DNA from: an uncultured Candidatus Binatia bacterium
Lineage (GTDB): Bacteria > Desulfobacterota > Binatia > Bin18
NCBI GenBank assembly: GCA_965214605.1
Contig: OZ243961.1
Coordinates: 832,001 to 896,000 of the forward strand
Length of the DNA stretch: 64,000 bases
Direction of reading: 5' to 3'
Shown here: positions 44,348 to 55,800 of the stretch, in pieces
Layout: each line of letters starts with the position of its first letter
How positions within the stretch are numbered: position 1 is the stretch's first letter
Program-made: the position numbers and the translations under genes
The notes under the pieces: generated by a model
Seen by the model: only the letters and a program-made list of their open reading frames with translations
Databases searched by the model: none
What the model was told of the DNA's origin: nothing

Positions 44348-45154
44348 TTAAGACCGAGACTGTTGACGGGAGAGCGACCGCTGCCTGTGGTCTAGGACCA
44401 TATCGATCACTTCAATAATGTCAACGTATACCCGTGCTATGACGCCGTTTCTTCGCCACACTAGGTGCCATTCGACCTTTCCATTCCTTATCCATTTTTG
44501 ATTGGCGTGGGGGCGATTATCGTCGATCGTATTTGTTTCTGGGTCTACCTCAACGGAATGCGGTTCGAAGAACCGCTCCCAAATCGTCTCAAGTAAGCTA
44601 GGCCAACTGGCAATGTGCCACAATAATCTTTCAAAATCGCCCACTCCAGGAATGCGATCTATTGGATAGTCTCTTGAGTTTGAATTTGTTGGCTTGATAT
44701 GTTCTTCCAGGTGCGATTTAGCCAAATGACAAATGACCAACTGAATTTCGTCGCTTGACAGTAATAAGCGCTTTAAGGCGCAAAAAAATGGTCCGCGTGG
44801 AACGATTAGACGTCGTCCTGCATCATTTGATACATCTAATACTAGGTCATCTACTCTCAAATAATAGGCATGGATAATCATGCCGAGAATACACACCAGA
44901 TGCACCGACTCCTTCTGTCTACGCTCGGATTCTACCTCCAGCTTCCATCGACGTAGGCGGACGGGGAGTTTATCCGCTCCTGGATCAGCCTTCTTGACCG
45001 TTGTCATGATGTCTCGTGCGGGATGGATCAGGTGAATGAAATGGTAGGCATCTCGTGTGGAGCTTTCCCCACCCATCAAAGGCAATGAAATTCTTTGACG
45101 GCGTAGGTGTTTGAGGTTATCCCGCAGCAGGCTCACTTGGTCAATTAGCAACAT
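44348..45154 (-). CDS. Hypothetical protein (268 aa, AT-richer DNA)
   Basis: Uninterrupted ORF in AT-richer DNA with a purine-rich RBS-like sequence; no family recognised. Confidence 0.6.
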   Translation of the reverse strand: MLLIDQVSLLRDNLKHLRRQRISLPLMGGESSTRDAYHFIHLIHPARDIMTTVKKADPGADKLPVRLRRWKLEVESERRQKESVHLVCILGMIIHAYYLRVDDLVLDVSNDAGRRLIVPRGPFFCALKRLLLSSDEIQLVICHLAKSHLEEHIKPTNSNSRDYPIDRIPGVGDFERLLWHIASWPSLLETIWERFFEPHSVEVDPETNTIDDNRPHANQKWIRNGKVEWHLVWRRNGVIARVYVDIIEVIDMVLDHRQRSLSRQQSRS

Positions 45155-45295
45155 GGTGCAACCCTTCTCATTCTTCTGTGCCCGTCCTGGTACGTTGGAC
45201 TAACGCAGTGATATGTAGCGGCAGAACGTCGACCTGGAAATCCCCTGCTCGTCGGCGCTCACCCAGGCATAGCCGAATTCAGGGTATCGCAGAAG

Positions 45296-45778
45296 CGGAG
45301 GAAACCTTATGTGGGCGGGAAGCCTCGGCGCACGACCAAGAAGGCAAATCATAAGCCGAATAAGCCGGGTCGAGGGACTAAGAAAACGGCAGTGCTGGGT
45401 GTCATAGAACGTGGCGGTGGGGCTGTTGTCAAGGTAGTTGAACGGCTGACCGGGCCAACCATCGCCACGTTTCTCAGGGACGTGATTGATGTAGGTGGCT
45501 CCGTCCTGATTACAGATGAGTACAAAGGCTACAATACTCTCCGGGAGCAGATATCTCACGCCCTCATTAATCATGAAGAGGCCTATGCCGAGGGGTTGTT
45601 GGCCCACACCAATACCATTGAAGGCTTCTGGGCCCTGCTGAAATGTTCCTGGTACGGCCAGCACCGCCACTACAGCAAACTGTACCTGCCGCTGTACGTG
45701 ATGGAAACCTGTGGGAAAGACAACGCCCGTAAAGACAGCACCCCTGTGGAACTTTCATCCGGGGGAGTCTTCTCATGA
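45296..45778 (+). mobile_element. IS1595-family (ISXO2-like) transposase fragment
   Basis: ET/YVGGK..RGTKKTAVLGVIERGG, LITDEYKGY, INH, HTNTIEGFWALLK. N-terminal zinc ribbon missing. Confidence 0.85.
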
Positions 45779-46369
45779 GTCCCAATCGCCTTCATAGGAA
45801 AATCTCATTTGAAGACGAGTGAAACTGAAAAGGAATTGTGACGGCTAAGCCCCCAGCTACTAATTCCGTTTTCTGATAAGCCTGAATCTACTAATTGCGA
45901 TCGATTTTCATCCCCAATCGAAAAGCGGAGCAGAGCGAGATCAGAAGAAACTTAAGAATGAATTGCACTATGTGGGCATACGCATCTCGAACCCCACCCA
46001 AACCCGTCGCAAACCGACATTCAAGGCTTTCAAGATATGTATCGGAAATCCACCTATCAGCCGGCCGGTTTTCTGATGGTACTTGTTAGGAGCAGCACCG
46101 GGAGAAGGCGGCCCTTACGTCGCGTTATGCAATGACAGGGCAACTCGTCGATTGAGCGTGAGTGACTGAGACGGGGCCGCGGTTTGTTTCGCGGGTCGCT
46201 CGAAACAATGTCCATGCCGGCCCGTATCCTGTTCTGGTGATCGCTGGAAAAGTCATGCCCTGACGAGTTGTACTCGTCAGGGTATTCCTGCATGTGAGGC
46301 CGTGCCACGGGTAGCTGCTTTCGCCCAACTTCGTACCCGTGCGGGTGCGGGACGGTGTGCTGCTGCATA

Positions 46370-46575
46370 CGGACCATCATTTCCAACTACGTCCGTCCTT
46401 CGGGCAGCCATTATCCGATCGAGTGGCAACGGTTGTAGGAAAAAAGACGCCTGCCAAGCCGAGGACTTCAAGGACCACACCACGCTGTGCCTTGACTTGA
46501 TTGACGATGCCCTCCCGGCACGGGACATGTCCGACGATTTCACCTTTGACAGCTATTGCACCCACGCCAAAGCCT
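46370..46575 (+). mobile_element. IS701-like DDE transposase fragment
   Basis: ISNYVRPSGSHYPIEW / FKDHTTLCLDLIDDA...DFTFDSY across a frameshift. Confidence 0.5.
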
Positions 46576-46925
46576 GCCCTGTGCCCGACGATGTCTGTCT
46601 TGTTACATCCCCAAGCCGCAACCTGCTGAAGGCTTGTTGTTTGACGAGCGTGGGTGTTGAGGGAGTAGCGCCCGCGTGGTGCGACCGTCAGGGAGCACGG
46701 CGCGGGTTGTGGCTGCGGGGGCTGGGTTCGGTGGGCAGGCCGGCAGAGATGCTCTCGGCGCTTCGATGGTCCCACCATCGGCTCTTCCCCGCTCCCGGTC
46801 TGCTGGCGTCACAGGCGGAAAGAGAACGCATCTGAACGCTGTGCGCACCTGGAAATGACCGGCTGCTTGACCGCTTCGGAGCCTGACGCCATAGTCGTGG
46901 TTGATACCAAGACCGGGGGGAAAAC

Positions 46926-47828
46926 ATGGCCATGCAGGTTAAACTCGAAAGCCGGGAATTTGAAGTCCGAGCCGTGTCGCCGTTCCTGGAAATGGGGGCC
47001 TACGAGGCCTTGTGGTCCCATCCTGACACCACCTTCAAGTCGTTGTCGGAGCGATTTGCGCGGTGTCTCGGCAGCGTGTCGTCAGATTTCGTCCCCCGCG
47101 AGCAGGCGTATGCCTGCGCGGCTTTCGTGAAACGGCGGTTTGCTGAAGCCGGGGTGAAGCGGTTCGGGGTGCGGGTACACGGCGCGGGTGAATACCCCGA
47201 CCAGTTGCGGGATGCCGTGCATCCGGTGGAACTGCTCTATTACCAGGGTTGGTGGGACTTGGCGGCGTCGCGCTCGGTCGCCGTCGTGGGTAGCCGGAAG
47301 CCGTCAGCCGAGGGGTTGGCGCGCACGCGGCGTTTGGTGCGGGCGTTAGTGGCGGACGACTTCACCATTGTGTCGGGACTGGCGGCGGGGATCGACCGCA
47401 TGGCTCATGAGACCGCCATGGCGGAAAACGGGCGGACGATCGCGGTCATCGGTACGCCGCTTTCGCATGCCTATCCGAAGGCGAATCGTGAGCTGCAGCG
47501 GCTTATCGCGGAGCGTTTCCTGGTCATCAGCCAAGTGCCTTTGAAACGCTATGAGTCGCAGGATTACCGCCGGAATCGGCTGTTCTTCCCCGAGCGTAAC
47601 GCCACCATGTCGGCATTGACCGAGGCGACCCTCATTGTGGAGTCGGGCGAGGCCTCGGGAACGCTGATTCAGGCTCGTGCAGCTCTGGCTCAGGGCCGCA
47701 AGCTGCTGCTGGACAACTGCTTCCGCAATCCGCACTTGACTTGGCCGGCCCGGTTTGCCAAGCGAGGCGCCCTTCGGGTCAAGACCTGGGATGACATCCG
47801 CAAGCACCTTTCCGCAGCGCCTCGCTGA
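46926..47828 (+). CDS. DprA/Smf-like Rossmann-fold protein (ShosA-like)
   Basis: YPDQLRD, LYYQG, VAVVGSRK, IVSGLAAGID, TIAVIGTPL, FPERNATMSAL, SGTLIQARAA. No C-terminal winged helix. Confidence 0.88.
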   Translation: MAMQVKLESREFEVRAVSPFLEMGAYEALWSHPDTTFKSLSERFARCLGSVSSDFVPREQAYACAAFVKRRFAEAGVKRFGVRVHGAGEYPDQLRDAVHPVELLYYQGWWDLAASRSVAVVGSRKPSAEGLARTRRLVRALVADDFTIVSGLAAGIDRMAHETAMAENGRTIAVIGTPLSHAYPKANRELQRLIAERFLVISQVPLKRYESQDYRRNRLFFPERNATMSALTEATLIVESGEASGTLIQARAALAQGRKLLLDNCFRNPHLTWPARFAKRGALRVKTWDDIRKHLSAAPR

Positions 47829-48440
47829 AATCGACGATCTGAGCCGGGCGGATCATGCGTACCTGACCGAGGCCGACAGGTGTTACTTCATTGGCGAGTA
47901 CACGGCGCGCCGGGACTTTTCCTACAGCGCGACGAACAACCTGATCCTGAATTTCAAGAAGTCGGTGAACCGGCGCGGGCTACCGGAATGGGGCTACAAG
48001 GAAGAAGCGATCGCAACGGCCGCGGCGGCATTCCGCAGGGCTCTGCACGTGAGCGCCCTTGATCTCTTGACGTTCGTGCCGGTGCCGCCTTCGAAAGCGC
48101 CGGGGGACGCGCTTTACGATAATCGTCTGACGCGTATGCTGCGAGCCATCCGACCGCATCCACCCCTGGATATTCGCGAACTGATCATCCAGACGCAAAG
48201 CACGGAGGCCGCGCATTGCAGGGTGGTGCGGCCGCGGCCCGGCGAGATCGCGGCGTTTATCGCATCGACGAGACGTTGACGGCGCCGGCGCCCGGCGCTC
48301 TTGCCATCGTCGACGACCTCCTGACGACCGGCACGCATTTCCAGGCGGTGGCGTCGGTCTTGTCGACGCGCTTTCTGGGCGCATACATCGTCGGGTTGTT
48401 CATGGCGCGGCGGGTGCCGGAAACCGCTGCACCGAAGGAG
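47791..48440 (+). pseudogene. Type I phosphoribosyltransferase-like partner of DprA, frameshifted
   Basis: 5' frame NNLILNFKK..VPVPPSK..YDNRL. After a 1-nt frameshift near 48256 the frame continues YRIDE..IVDDLLTTGTHF (PRPP-binding loop)..GLFMARRV. Confidence 0.8.
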
Positions 48441-48650
48441 GTCGGCGTGAAAGGCACATGGAAGCGCGGAGGCGTCTCCAGCCAAGTCTTCACCGTCGCA
48501 TGTTTGTGGGTGCAGTAGTTGTCGACGATCAGATGAATATCCAGCGGCGTCTCCCGGTCGATTTGCTTCAGGAAGCGCAGCCCTTCGACATGGGTATGCC
48601 CGGCCTCGATGCGGCCGATGAGCTTGCCTGGGTTGGCGAGGAGTAGGAAG
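48436..48650 (-). mobile_element. IS630-family transposase fragment
   Basis: Minus strand reads LRFLKQIDRETPLDIHLIVDNYCTHKHATVKTWLETPPRFHVPFTPTS (DDE_3 signature). Confidence 0.85.
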
Positions 48651-48999
48651 ACATTGATGTCCGGGTCCTATAGATAAGGATCAGGTTCTGGTCCACCCAT
48701 ATAGCAAGCTGTAGAGTTTATCGTCTGCGGGATCTGTCTGAGCACTGCCGGCCGGGAACCGAATGGCGACGCACCGACCGCGGTTACCGCCTGGCCTCTC
48801 ATCACAGCATTTGATTCACCGACCTCGTCTTCTGGATCCGAAAGCGTGCGGTCTGGGTCTTCCTCTGCAAGAGTCTATACGATATGAGGTCCGATTGAGC
48901 CGTACCAATTGGACAGCTTGTGCTGCGAGGGGTTGCAAAGCGGCTCCAGGATCAGGCACGATGCCCTGCCGGGTTTCACGTCAGGGGAAACACAAGAGG

Positions 49000-49168
49000 G
49001 CTAAAGACCGACGGCTCTCGGGCGGCGAGATTGCGTCCTGTAGTGCAGGGTCAAGCGAGCTTCCGTATACAAATGGATCAACCGCAAGCAGCTGGTCGGG
49101 AGCTGTGGAAATCCAGAAAAGAAGAGATCGATCAATGGCTTCGAATGGGATGGGGACGGGACAAATGA
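49000..49168 (+). pseudogene. Excisionase-like HTH_17 regulator remnant
   Basis: DRRLSGGEIA / VKRASVYKWINRKQL / GRELWKSRKEEIDQWLR split over frames (cf. RWLSVDEIA..GVKRDTVYKWI..VGRLWKF..EIDEW). Confidence 0.7.
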
Positions 49169-49221
49169 CCGCCGATGCGGTGTCGCCGCTCATGAGGATA
49201 CCTGGAGGATAAGAGGTCGCA

Positions 49222-52200
49222 ATGAAGCTGGCAGACCTCCAGGTCAATGCCGCCGTGCGCGGCATTCTCTCGGACGAACTCGTCACGGTGGTCGGCGTGC
49301 AGTGGTTTGGAGCCGAGGCTCTGGAGCTGACCTACAAAACGCCGACTGGAAAAGTCGCCAATGAGCTGCTCTATCGGCACGACGAGCCCCGGCTCGAAAT
49401 CGTTGAGGTCGGTCGGCCCTGGAGTTTTGACGGAGACGGGGCGCTGTTCCGTCTCGTCTCCGAAGCCCAGCGCATTCGTCTCGCCCACCTTTTCGACCCG
49501 GTGCTCGCGGTCCATACCTCCGTTGTCGAACCGCTCCCACACCAGATCACCGCCGTCTACGAATCGATGCTGCCACGCCAGCCGCTGCGCTTCCTGCTCG
49601 CGGACGACCCCGGCGCCGGCAAGACCATCATGGCCGGGCTGCTCATCAAGGAACTGATTGCCCGCGGCGACCTGCAAGGCTGCCTGGTGGTGTGTCCCGG
49701 CAGCCTTGCCGAGCAGTGGCAGGACGAGCTCTATCGCCGTTTCCAGCTGCCGTTCGAGATCTTGACCACCGACAAGCTTGAGGCGGCCCGCACCGGCAAC
49801 TGGTTCCTCGAAACGCCTCTGGTGATTGCCCGCCTCGACAAGCTCGCCCGCAACGACGACGTCCAGCAAAAGCTCCAGGCTCCGGATTGTCGGTGGGACC
49901 TCGTCGTGTGCGACGAGGCGCACAAGATGTCGGCCACCTTCTTCGGCGGCGAGGTCAGGTATACCAAGCGCTACCGGCTCGGGCAGCTGCTGTCTTCGCT
50001 GACCCGGCACTTCCTCCTTATGACCGCGACCCCGCATAACGGCAAAGAGGCCGACTTCCAACTTTTCATGGCGCTGCTGGACGGCGACCGCTTCGAGGGG
50101 CGCTTCCGGGACGGCGTGCATGTGGCCGATGTCTCGGACCTGATGCGCCGCATGGTCAAGGAGACCCTGCTCAGATTCGACGGCACGCCGCTGTTTCCGG
50201 AGCGGATCGCGCACACAGTTCCCTACAAACTCTCGGAAGCAGAGGCCCGTCTCTATAAATCGGTTACCGACTACGTGCGCGAGGAGTTCAATCGTGCCGA
50301 GGCGCTTGAGAACGACAAACGGGCCGGCACCGTCGGATTCGCATTGACCATCCTGCAACGCCGCCTGGCGTCTTCTCCGGAAGCCATCTCCCAATCGTTG
50401 CGGCGACGGCGGGAACGCCTGGAAAGCCGGCTGCGCGAGCTCCAAGTGCTGCAGCGGGGTGGTCAGGCGACGCTCGCCGCGACCACGGGCCCGGAGCTGG
50501 ACCCGGAGGACGTTGAGGATCTCGACGAAGCACCGGACACCGAGGTCGAGGCCGCTGAGGAGGAAATTCTTGACCAGGCCACCGCCGCGCGCTCAATCGC
50601 GGAGCTCAAGGCGGAAATTGGAACACTGAAATCCCTGGAAGGCCTAGCGGTCGGCGTCAGACACAGCGGGGCCGACACGAAGTGGCGTGAGCTCGCGAGC
50701 CTACTCGGAGAGATCTTCACCGCGGGCGGGCTAGCCGGCCGGATTGCCGAACCCGACACGCCTTACGGCGCGGGAGAGATACCCAAGCCCAAATCGTCGC
50801 CCAGGCAGAAGCTCGTCATCTTCACCGAGTATCGCGACACGCTTAGCTATCTTCAGGACCGCATCACGACAGTCCTCGGGTGCCCGGAGTCCGTCGTCGT
50901 GATCCACGGCGGCCTGGGACGGGAAGACCGGCTCAAGGCCCAGGAGGCATTCCGGCACGATCCCAAGGTGCAGGTGCTGCTCGCTACCGACGCCGCCGGC
51001 GAAGGCATCAACCTCCAGCGCGCCCATCTGATGGCGAACTATGACCTGCCTTGGAACCCGAACCGGCTGGAGCAACGCTTCGGTCGTATTCATCGCATCG
51101 GCCAGACTGAGGTCTGCCATCTCTGGAACCTGGTAGCGGACGAAACACGGGAAGGCGATGTCTACCGCAAACTGTTGGAGAAGCTTGAGCAGGCCCGTCG
51201 GTCGCTGGGCGGTCGAGTGTTCGACGTGCTCGGCAAGCTCCACTTCGAGGGCCGGCCACTGCGCGACCTGCTGGTAGAAGCGATCCGCTACGGGGAGCAG
51301 CCCGCAGTGCGAGCGCGTCTGACCACGGCTGTTGATCACGCCCTGGACCGAGTACACCTCCAGGACCTCCTTGAGGAGCGTGCCCTGGCTCATGATGTGA
51401 TGGACGCAAGCCGCGTGCATCGCATCCGGGAGGACATGGAGCGAGCGGAGGCGCGTCGCCTCCAGCCTCACTACATCGAATCATTCTTCCGCGAGGCGTT
51501 CCAGCGGCTCGGTGGTTCGGCCAGACAGCGTGAGTCCCGGCGCTACGAGATCACCCACGTGCCGGCGCCCGTCAGAAACCGGGACCGGCTCATTGGTATC
51601 GGGGAGCCGGTACTGCCGCGCTACGAACGTATCGCCTTCGAGAAGTCTCTCGTGGCGCCGCAAGGGCAGCCACTCGCGGCTTTCGTCTGCCCAGGCCATC
51701 CGTTGTTGGACGCCGTTATCGACCTGACACTCGAACGCCATCGGGACCTGCTAAAGCGTGGCGCCGTTCTGGTAGATGAAAGAGACCTGGGCACAAAGCC
51801 CCGGGTGCTCTTCTCCCTTGAGCATGTCCTCCAGGATGCCAGCGTCACCCGCTCGGGCGATCGGCGCATTATCTCCAAGCGCATGCTTTACGTCGAGCTC
51901 GATGAGGACGGGGTGACCCGCCACGTCCACTATGCGCCCTATCTGGATTACCGTGCTCTCGCCGATGGGGATCCAGACCTCGATTCGCTTCTTGATTGCC
52001 CTCAATGTGCCTGGCTTGAGCGCGACATGGAGTTGCGGGCGCAAGCCTACGCGGTTGCCAATGTCGTGCCGGAGCATCTCAAAGAGGCCCGGGATGCCAA
52101 ACTGGCGCTTATCGCGAAGACGGAGGCCGCCGTCAAAGACCGGCTCACCAAGGAAATCACGTACTGGGATCATCGGGCCGAGCAGTTGAAGCTCCAAGAG

Positions 52201-52797
52201 CAGGCCGGCAAGACCGGCGCTCGGCTCAACTCCGGCGAAGCGCGCAAGCGCGCAGACAACCTCGAGGCGAGACTTCAGAAGCGCTTGGGAGAGTTGAAGC
52301 TTGAAGCGCAGATTTCGCCCTTACCGCCAGTGGTGTTGGGAGGCGTGCTCGTGGTGCCCCAAGGCCTGCTGCACGAATTGAAAGGGAGCGAGTCGGTCCC
52401 CACCACTGTATCGGTAGACACGCAGGCGTCGGCGGCCCGTGCACGCGAGATCGTCATGGCGGTGGAGCGAGAGCTTGGCTTCGAGCCGACCGACCGGGAG
52501 TTCGAGAAGCTGGGCTACGACATCGAGAGCCGCGTCCCCGGCACCGGTCGACTCCGGTTCATCGAAGTCAAGGGACGCGTCAGCGGCGCACCCACGATTA
52601 CGGTTACCCGTAACGAGATTCTCTACTCCCTCAACAAACCCGAGGACTACATCCTCGGCATCGTGGAGTTTCTTGATGGGGGCGAGCATCGGGTTCACTA
52701 TGTCCGGGAGCCGTTCCAACGGGAGCCGGACTTCGGGGTGACGAGCGTGAACTACGATTTTGCAGAGCTGCTCGCGCGAGCCCGGCAGCCTTCGTGA
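49222..52797 (+). CDS. SNF2-family helicase/translocase with C-terminal DUF3883 (PD-(D/E)XK) nuclease
   Basis: LLADDPGAGKT, DEAH, TATPH, EGINLQ, EQRFGRIHRIGQ; C-terminal GYDIES..RFIEVKGR. Confidence 0.93.
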   Translation: MKLADLQVNAAVRGILSDELVTVVGVQWFGAEALELTYKTPTGKVANELLYRHDEPRLEIVEVGRPWSFDGDGALFRLVSEAQRIRLAHLFDPVLAVHTSVVEPLPHQITAVYESMLPRQPLRFLLADDPGAGKTIMAGLLIKELIARGDLQGCLVVCPGSLAEQWQDELYRRFQLPFEILTTDKLEAARTGNWFLETPLVIARLDKLARNDDVQQKLQAPDCRWDLVVCDEAHKMSATFFGGEVRYTKRYRLGQLLSSLTRHFLLMTATPHNGKEADFQLFMALLDGDRFEGRFRDGVHVADVSDLMRRMVKETLLRFDGTPLFPERIAHTVPYKLSEAEARLYKSVTDYVREEFNRAEALENDKRAGTVGFALTILQRRLASSPEAISQSLRRRRERLESRLRELQVLQRGGQATLAATTGPELDPEDVEDLDEAPDTEVEAAEEEILDQATAARSIAELKAEIGTLKSLEGLAVGVRHSGADTKWRELASLLGEIFTAGGLAGRIAEPDTPYGAGEIPKPKSSPRQKLVIFTEYRDTLSYLQDRITTVLGCPESVVVIHGGLGREDRLKAQEAFRHDPKVQVLLATDAAGEGINLQRAHLMANYDLPWNPNRLEQRFGRIHRIGQTEVCHLWNLVADETREGDVYRKLLEKLEQARRSLGGRVFDVLGKLHFEGRPLRDLLVEAIRYGEQPAVRARLTTAVDHALDRVHLQDLLEERALAHDVMDASRVHRIREDMERAEARRLQPHYIESFFREAFQRLGGSARQRESRRYEITHVPAPVRNRDRLIGIGEPVLPRYERIAFEKSLVAPQGQPLAAFVCPGHPLLDAVIDLTLERHRDLLKRGAVLVDERDLGTKPRVLFSLEHVLQDASVTRSGDRRIISKRMLYVELDEDGVTRHVHYAPYLDYRALADGDPDLDSLLDCPQCAWLERDMELRAQAYAVANVVPEHLKEARDAKLALIAKTEAAVKDRLTKEITYWDHRAEQLKLQEQAGKTGARLNSGEARKRADNLEARLQKRLGELKLEAQISPLPPVVLGGVLVVPQGLLHELKGSESVPTTVSVDTQASAARAREIVMAVERELGFEPTDREFEKLGYDIESRVPGTGRLRFIEVKGRVSGAPTITVTRNEILYSLNKPEDYILGIVEFLDGGEHRVHYVREPFQREPDFGVTSVNYDFAELLARARQPS

Positions 52798-52821
52798 CAG
52801 GGTGATTTGGATCCCCGAGCA

Positions 52822-55800
52822 ATGCAATCGAACAAGAAGCTGATCGAAGTCACCCTGCCGCTTGATGCGATCAACAAGGCGGCGGCCCGAGAGAAGTCGA
52901 TCAGGCATGGCCATCCCAGTACGCTGCACCTGTGGTGGGCGCGCCGGCCTTTGGCGGCGGCCCGGGCGGTACTCTTCGCGCAGCTGGTTGATGACCCCTC
53001 TGCCTATGTGGAGGAGCTGCTCTCAGAGCCAAAGAAGAAACAGGCGGCAGAACAGGAATTGCAGAAACGGCTGGACGAGCATACGGCGAAGCAGGCCCTC
53101 GCCGATACGGACGCAATTCCCGAGCCGGCGCCGACGCTTAAGGAGGTCATCGCAGAGAGCGAGCGTGCTCGTCTGTTCGGCTTCCTGGAAGAGTTGGTCC
53201 TGTGGGAGAATACGACCAATACCTCGGTCCTGGAGAAGGCGCGCGGCGAGATCCAGCACAGCTGGCGGCGCGCCTGCGCGCGCAATGCCGACCATCCCAG
53301 GGCCAAAGAGTTATTTGATCGTACCAGGTTGCCCGCCTTTCACGACCCCTTTGCCGGTGGCGGGGCGCTGCCGCTCGAAGCCCAGCGGCTTGGCCTTGAG
53401 GCCCACGCCAGTGACCTGAACCCGGTGGCGGTGCTGATCACCAAGGCGCTGATCGAGTTCCCGCCGAAGTTCGCCGGTAGGCCGCCGGTCAGCCCGGCGG
53501 CGCGCAGGGACGAGGAGCTGTTGTCCCGGCAGTGGCGGGGCGCGCAGGGGCTGGCCGAGGATGTGCGCGCCTACGGCGAGTGGATACGCGAAGAGGCGGA
53601 GCGGCGTATCGGGCCTCTCTATCCGAAGGCCGCCGTCACCGCCGAGATGGCGCATGAACGGCCTGATTTGCAAGCGTATGTGGGAGGCAACCTCACCGTG
53701 ATCGCCTGGCTCTGGGTGCGCACGGTCAGGAGCCCGAACCCGGCTTTTGCGGCCGTGGAAGTCCCGCTAGCCTCAACCTTCATGCTGTCGACCAAGAAGG
53801 GTAAGGAAGCCTATGTCGAGCCGGTGATCGAGGCTGGCGGGTACCGGTTCATCGTAAAGGTGGGGAAGCCACCTGATGCCGCCGCGGCGAAGTTAGGAAC
53901 GACAGCCGGCAAGCGCCATGCTTTTAAGTGCCTGCTGTCAGATGTTCCGGTCACATATGCTCACATCCGAAGCGAGGGTCAGGCCGGGCGCATGCGCACC
54001 CGCCTGATGGCGATGGTGGCCGAGGGCGACCGTGGCCGAGTTTACCTCTCACCGACGCCGGAACACGAGGCGGCAACACGCAAAGCGAGGCCCGAATGGA
54101 GGCCGGAGACGCCGCTGCCCGAGAATCCGCGCAATTTCAATACGCCGCATTACGGCCTCGCCACCTACGGCGCCCTCTTCACCGCCCGTCAACTCGTTAC
54201 GCTCACGACCCTCTCAGACCTGGTAGGCGAAGCGATAACGCGGGTCCGCCAGCACGCCGTCGCAGCAGGCGTGCCTGATGACGAGGTGCCGCTGCGCGAC
54301 GGGGGAACGGGGGCGACCGCGTATGCCGAGGCGGTCGCCCTGTATTTGGCGCTAGCGGTCGATCGCTTCAGCGATCGCTCTTCAACTATCTGCAGTTGGG
54401 ATAACGGACGCACGACAATACGGAACACATTTGGTCGTCAGGCCCTTCCAATGACGTGGGACTACGCGGAAACGAATCCGTTTTCTGAATCTACCGGCAG
54501 TTTCAGCGGTCAGCTCGAATGGGTAGCAAAGTCCTTGGGGACTGCTCCGGCACTTCCAGCAGGGTTCAGTGCACAGCTGGACGCTTGTACCCAGACCATG
54601 AGCGCGGACAAATGCATCTCCACCGACCCTCCCTATTACGACAACATTGGCTACGCGGACCTCTCGGACTTCTTCTACGTCTGGCTGCGTCGTTCACTAC
54701 GCACCGTCTTACCTGAGCTCTTTGCTACGCTTGCGACCCCCAAGGCGGAAGAGCTTGTCGCCACCCCGTACCGCCACGAGACCAAGGAGAAGGCGGAGGC
54801 TTTTTTTCTGGAGGGGATGACCCAGGCCATGTACCGTGTGGCCGAGCAGGCACATCCGGATTTCCCGGTCACCATCTATTACGCCTTCAAGCAGTCGGAG
54901 AAAAAAGGCGAGGAAGGCACGGCGTCAACCGGCTGGGAAACTTTCCTGGAGGCCGTGCTCCACGCCGGCTTTGGCATCAGCGGCACCTGGTCGATGCGCA
55001 CCGAGCTGGGGAACCGGCCAGTCGGCTTGGGCACGAATGCCCTTGCGTCCAGCATCGTCCTCGTCTGCCGTAAGCGCGACCCGAACGCTGCGAACGCCAG
55101 CCGTCGGGAGTTCGTGACCGCTCTGAAGCGGGAACTGCCCAGGGCCCTTATCCACCTGCAGCGCGGCAACATCGCGCCGGTGGACCTCGCCCAAGCGGCC
55201 ATCGGCCCCGGCATGGCGGTCTACACGCGCTATGCGAAGGTGCTCAATATTGAGGGGCAACAGCTTTCGGTCCGCGAGGCCCTGGCGCTCATCAACCAGA
55301 CACTGGACGAGACACTCGCTGCGCAGGAGGGGGATTTTGAGGCGGACAGCCGCTGGGCGCTGGCCTGGTTCGAGCAGGAGGGCTTCAAGGAGGGCGCATA
55401 CGGGCTCGCGGAAACCCTCTCCAAAGCCAAGAACACCAGTGTCGGAGGCCTGGTGGAGGCCGGCCTCCTCGCCTCGCAAGGCGGGAAGGTACGTTTGCTC
55501 AGGCCCGCCGAGCTGCCCGAGAGCTGGGACCCGGCGACCGATCCGCGCCTGACCGTCTGGGAGATGGTCCATCATTTCATCCGTGTCCTTGAAGCAGGCG
55601 GTGAGAGTGCTGCTGCCGAGCTCGCCCGCAAGCTCGGCGCCAAAGCCGAGGCGGCGCGGGAACTCTGCTACCGGCTCTACACCTTGTGCGAACGCAAGCA
55701 CCGCGCGACCGAGGCTTTATCCTATAACGGTTTGGTGCAGAGCTGGCCCGAAATCATGCGGCTCTCTCGCGAAGAAAGCCAGGCGGAGGCTGAGCAATCG

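Noticed and set aside
46926-47828. Competence dprA-comF locus
   Set aside because: Island context, no C-terminal winged helix, and the partner lacks the ComF zinc finger.
48245-48270. Programmed ribosomal frameshift in the PRTase
   Set aside because: No X XXY YYZ slippery heptamer; mutation or assembly error is simpler.
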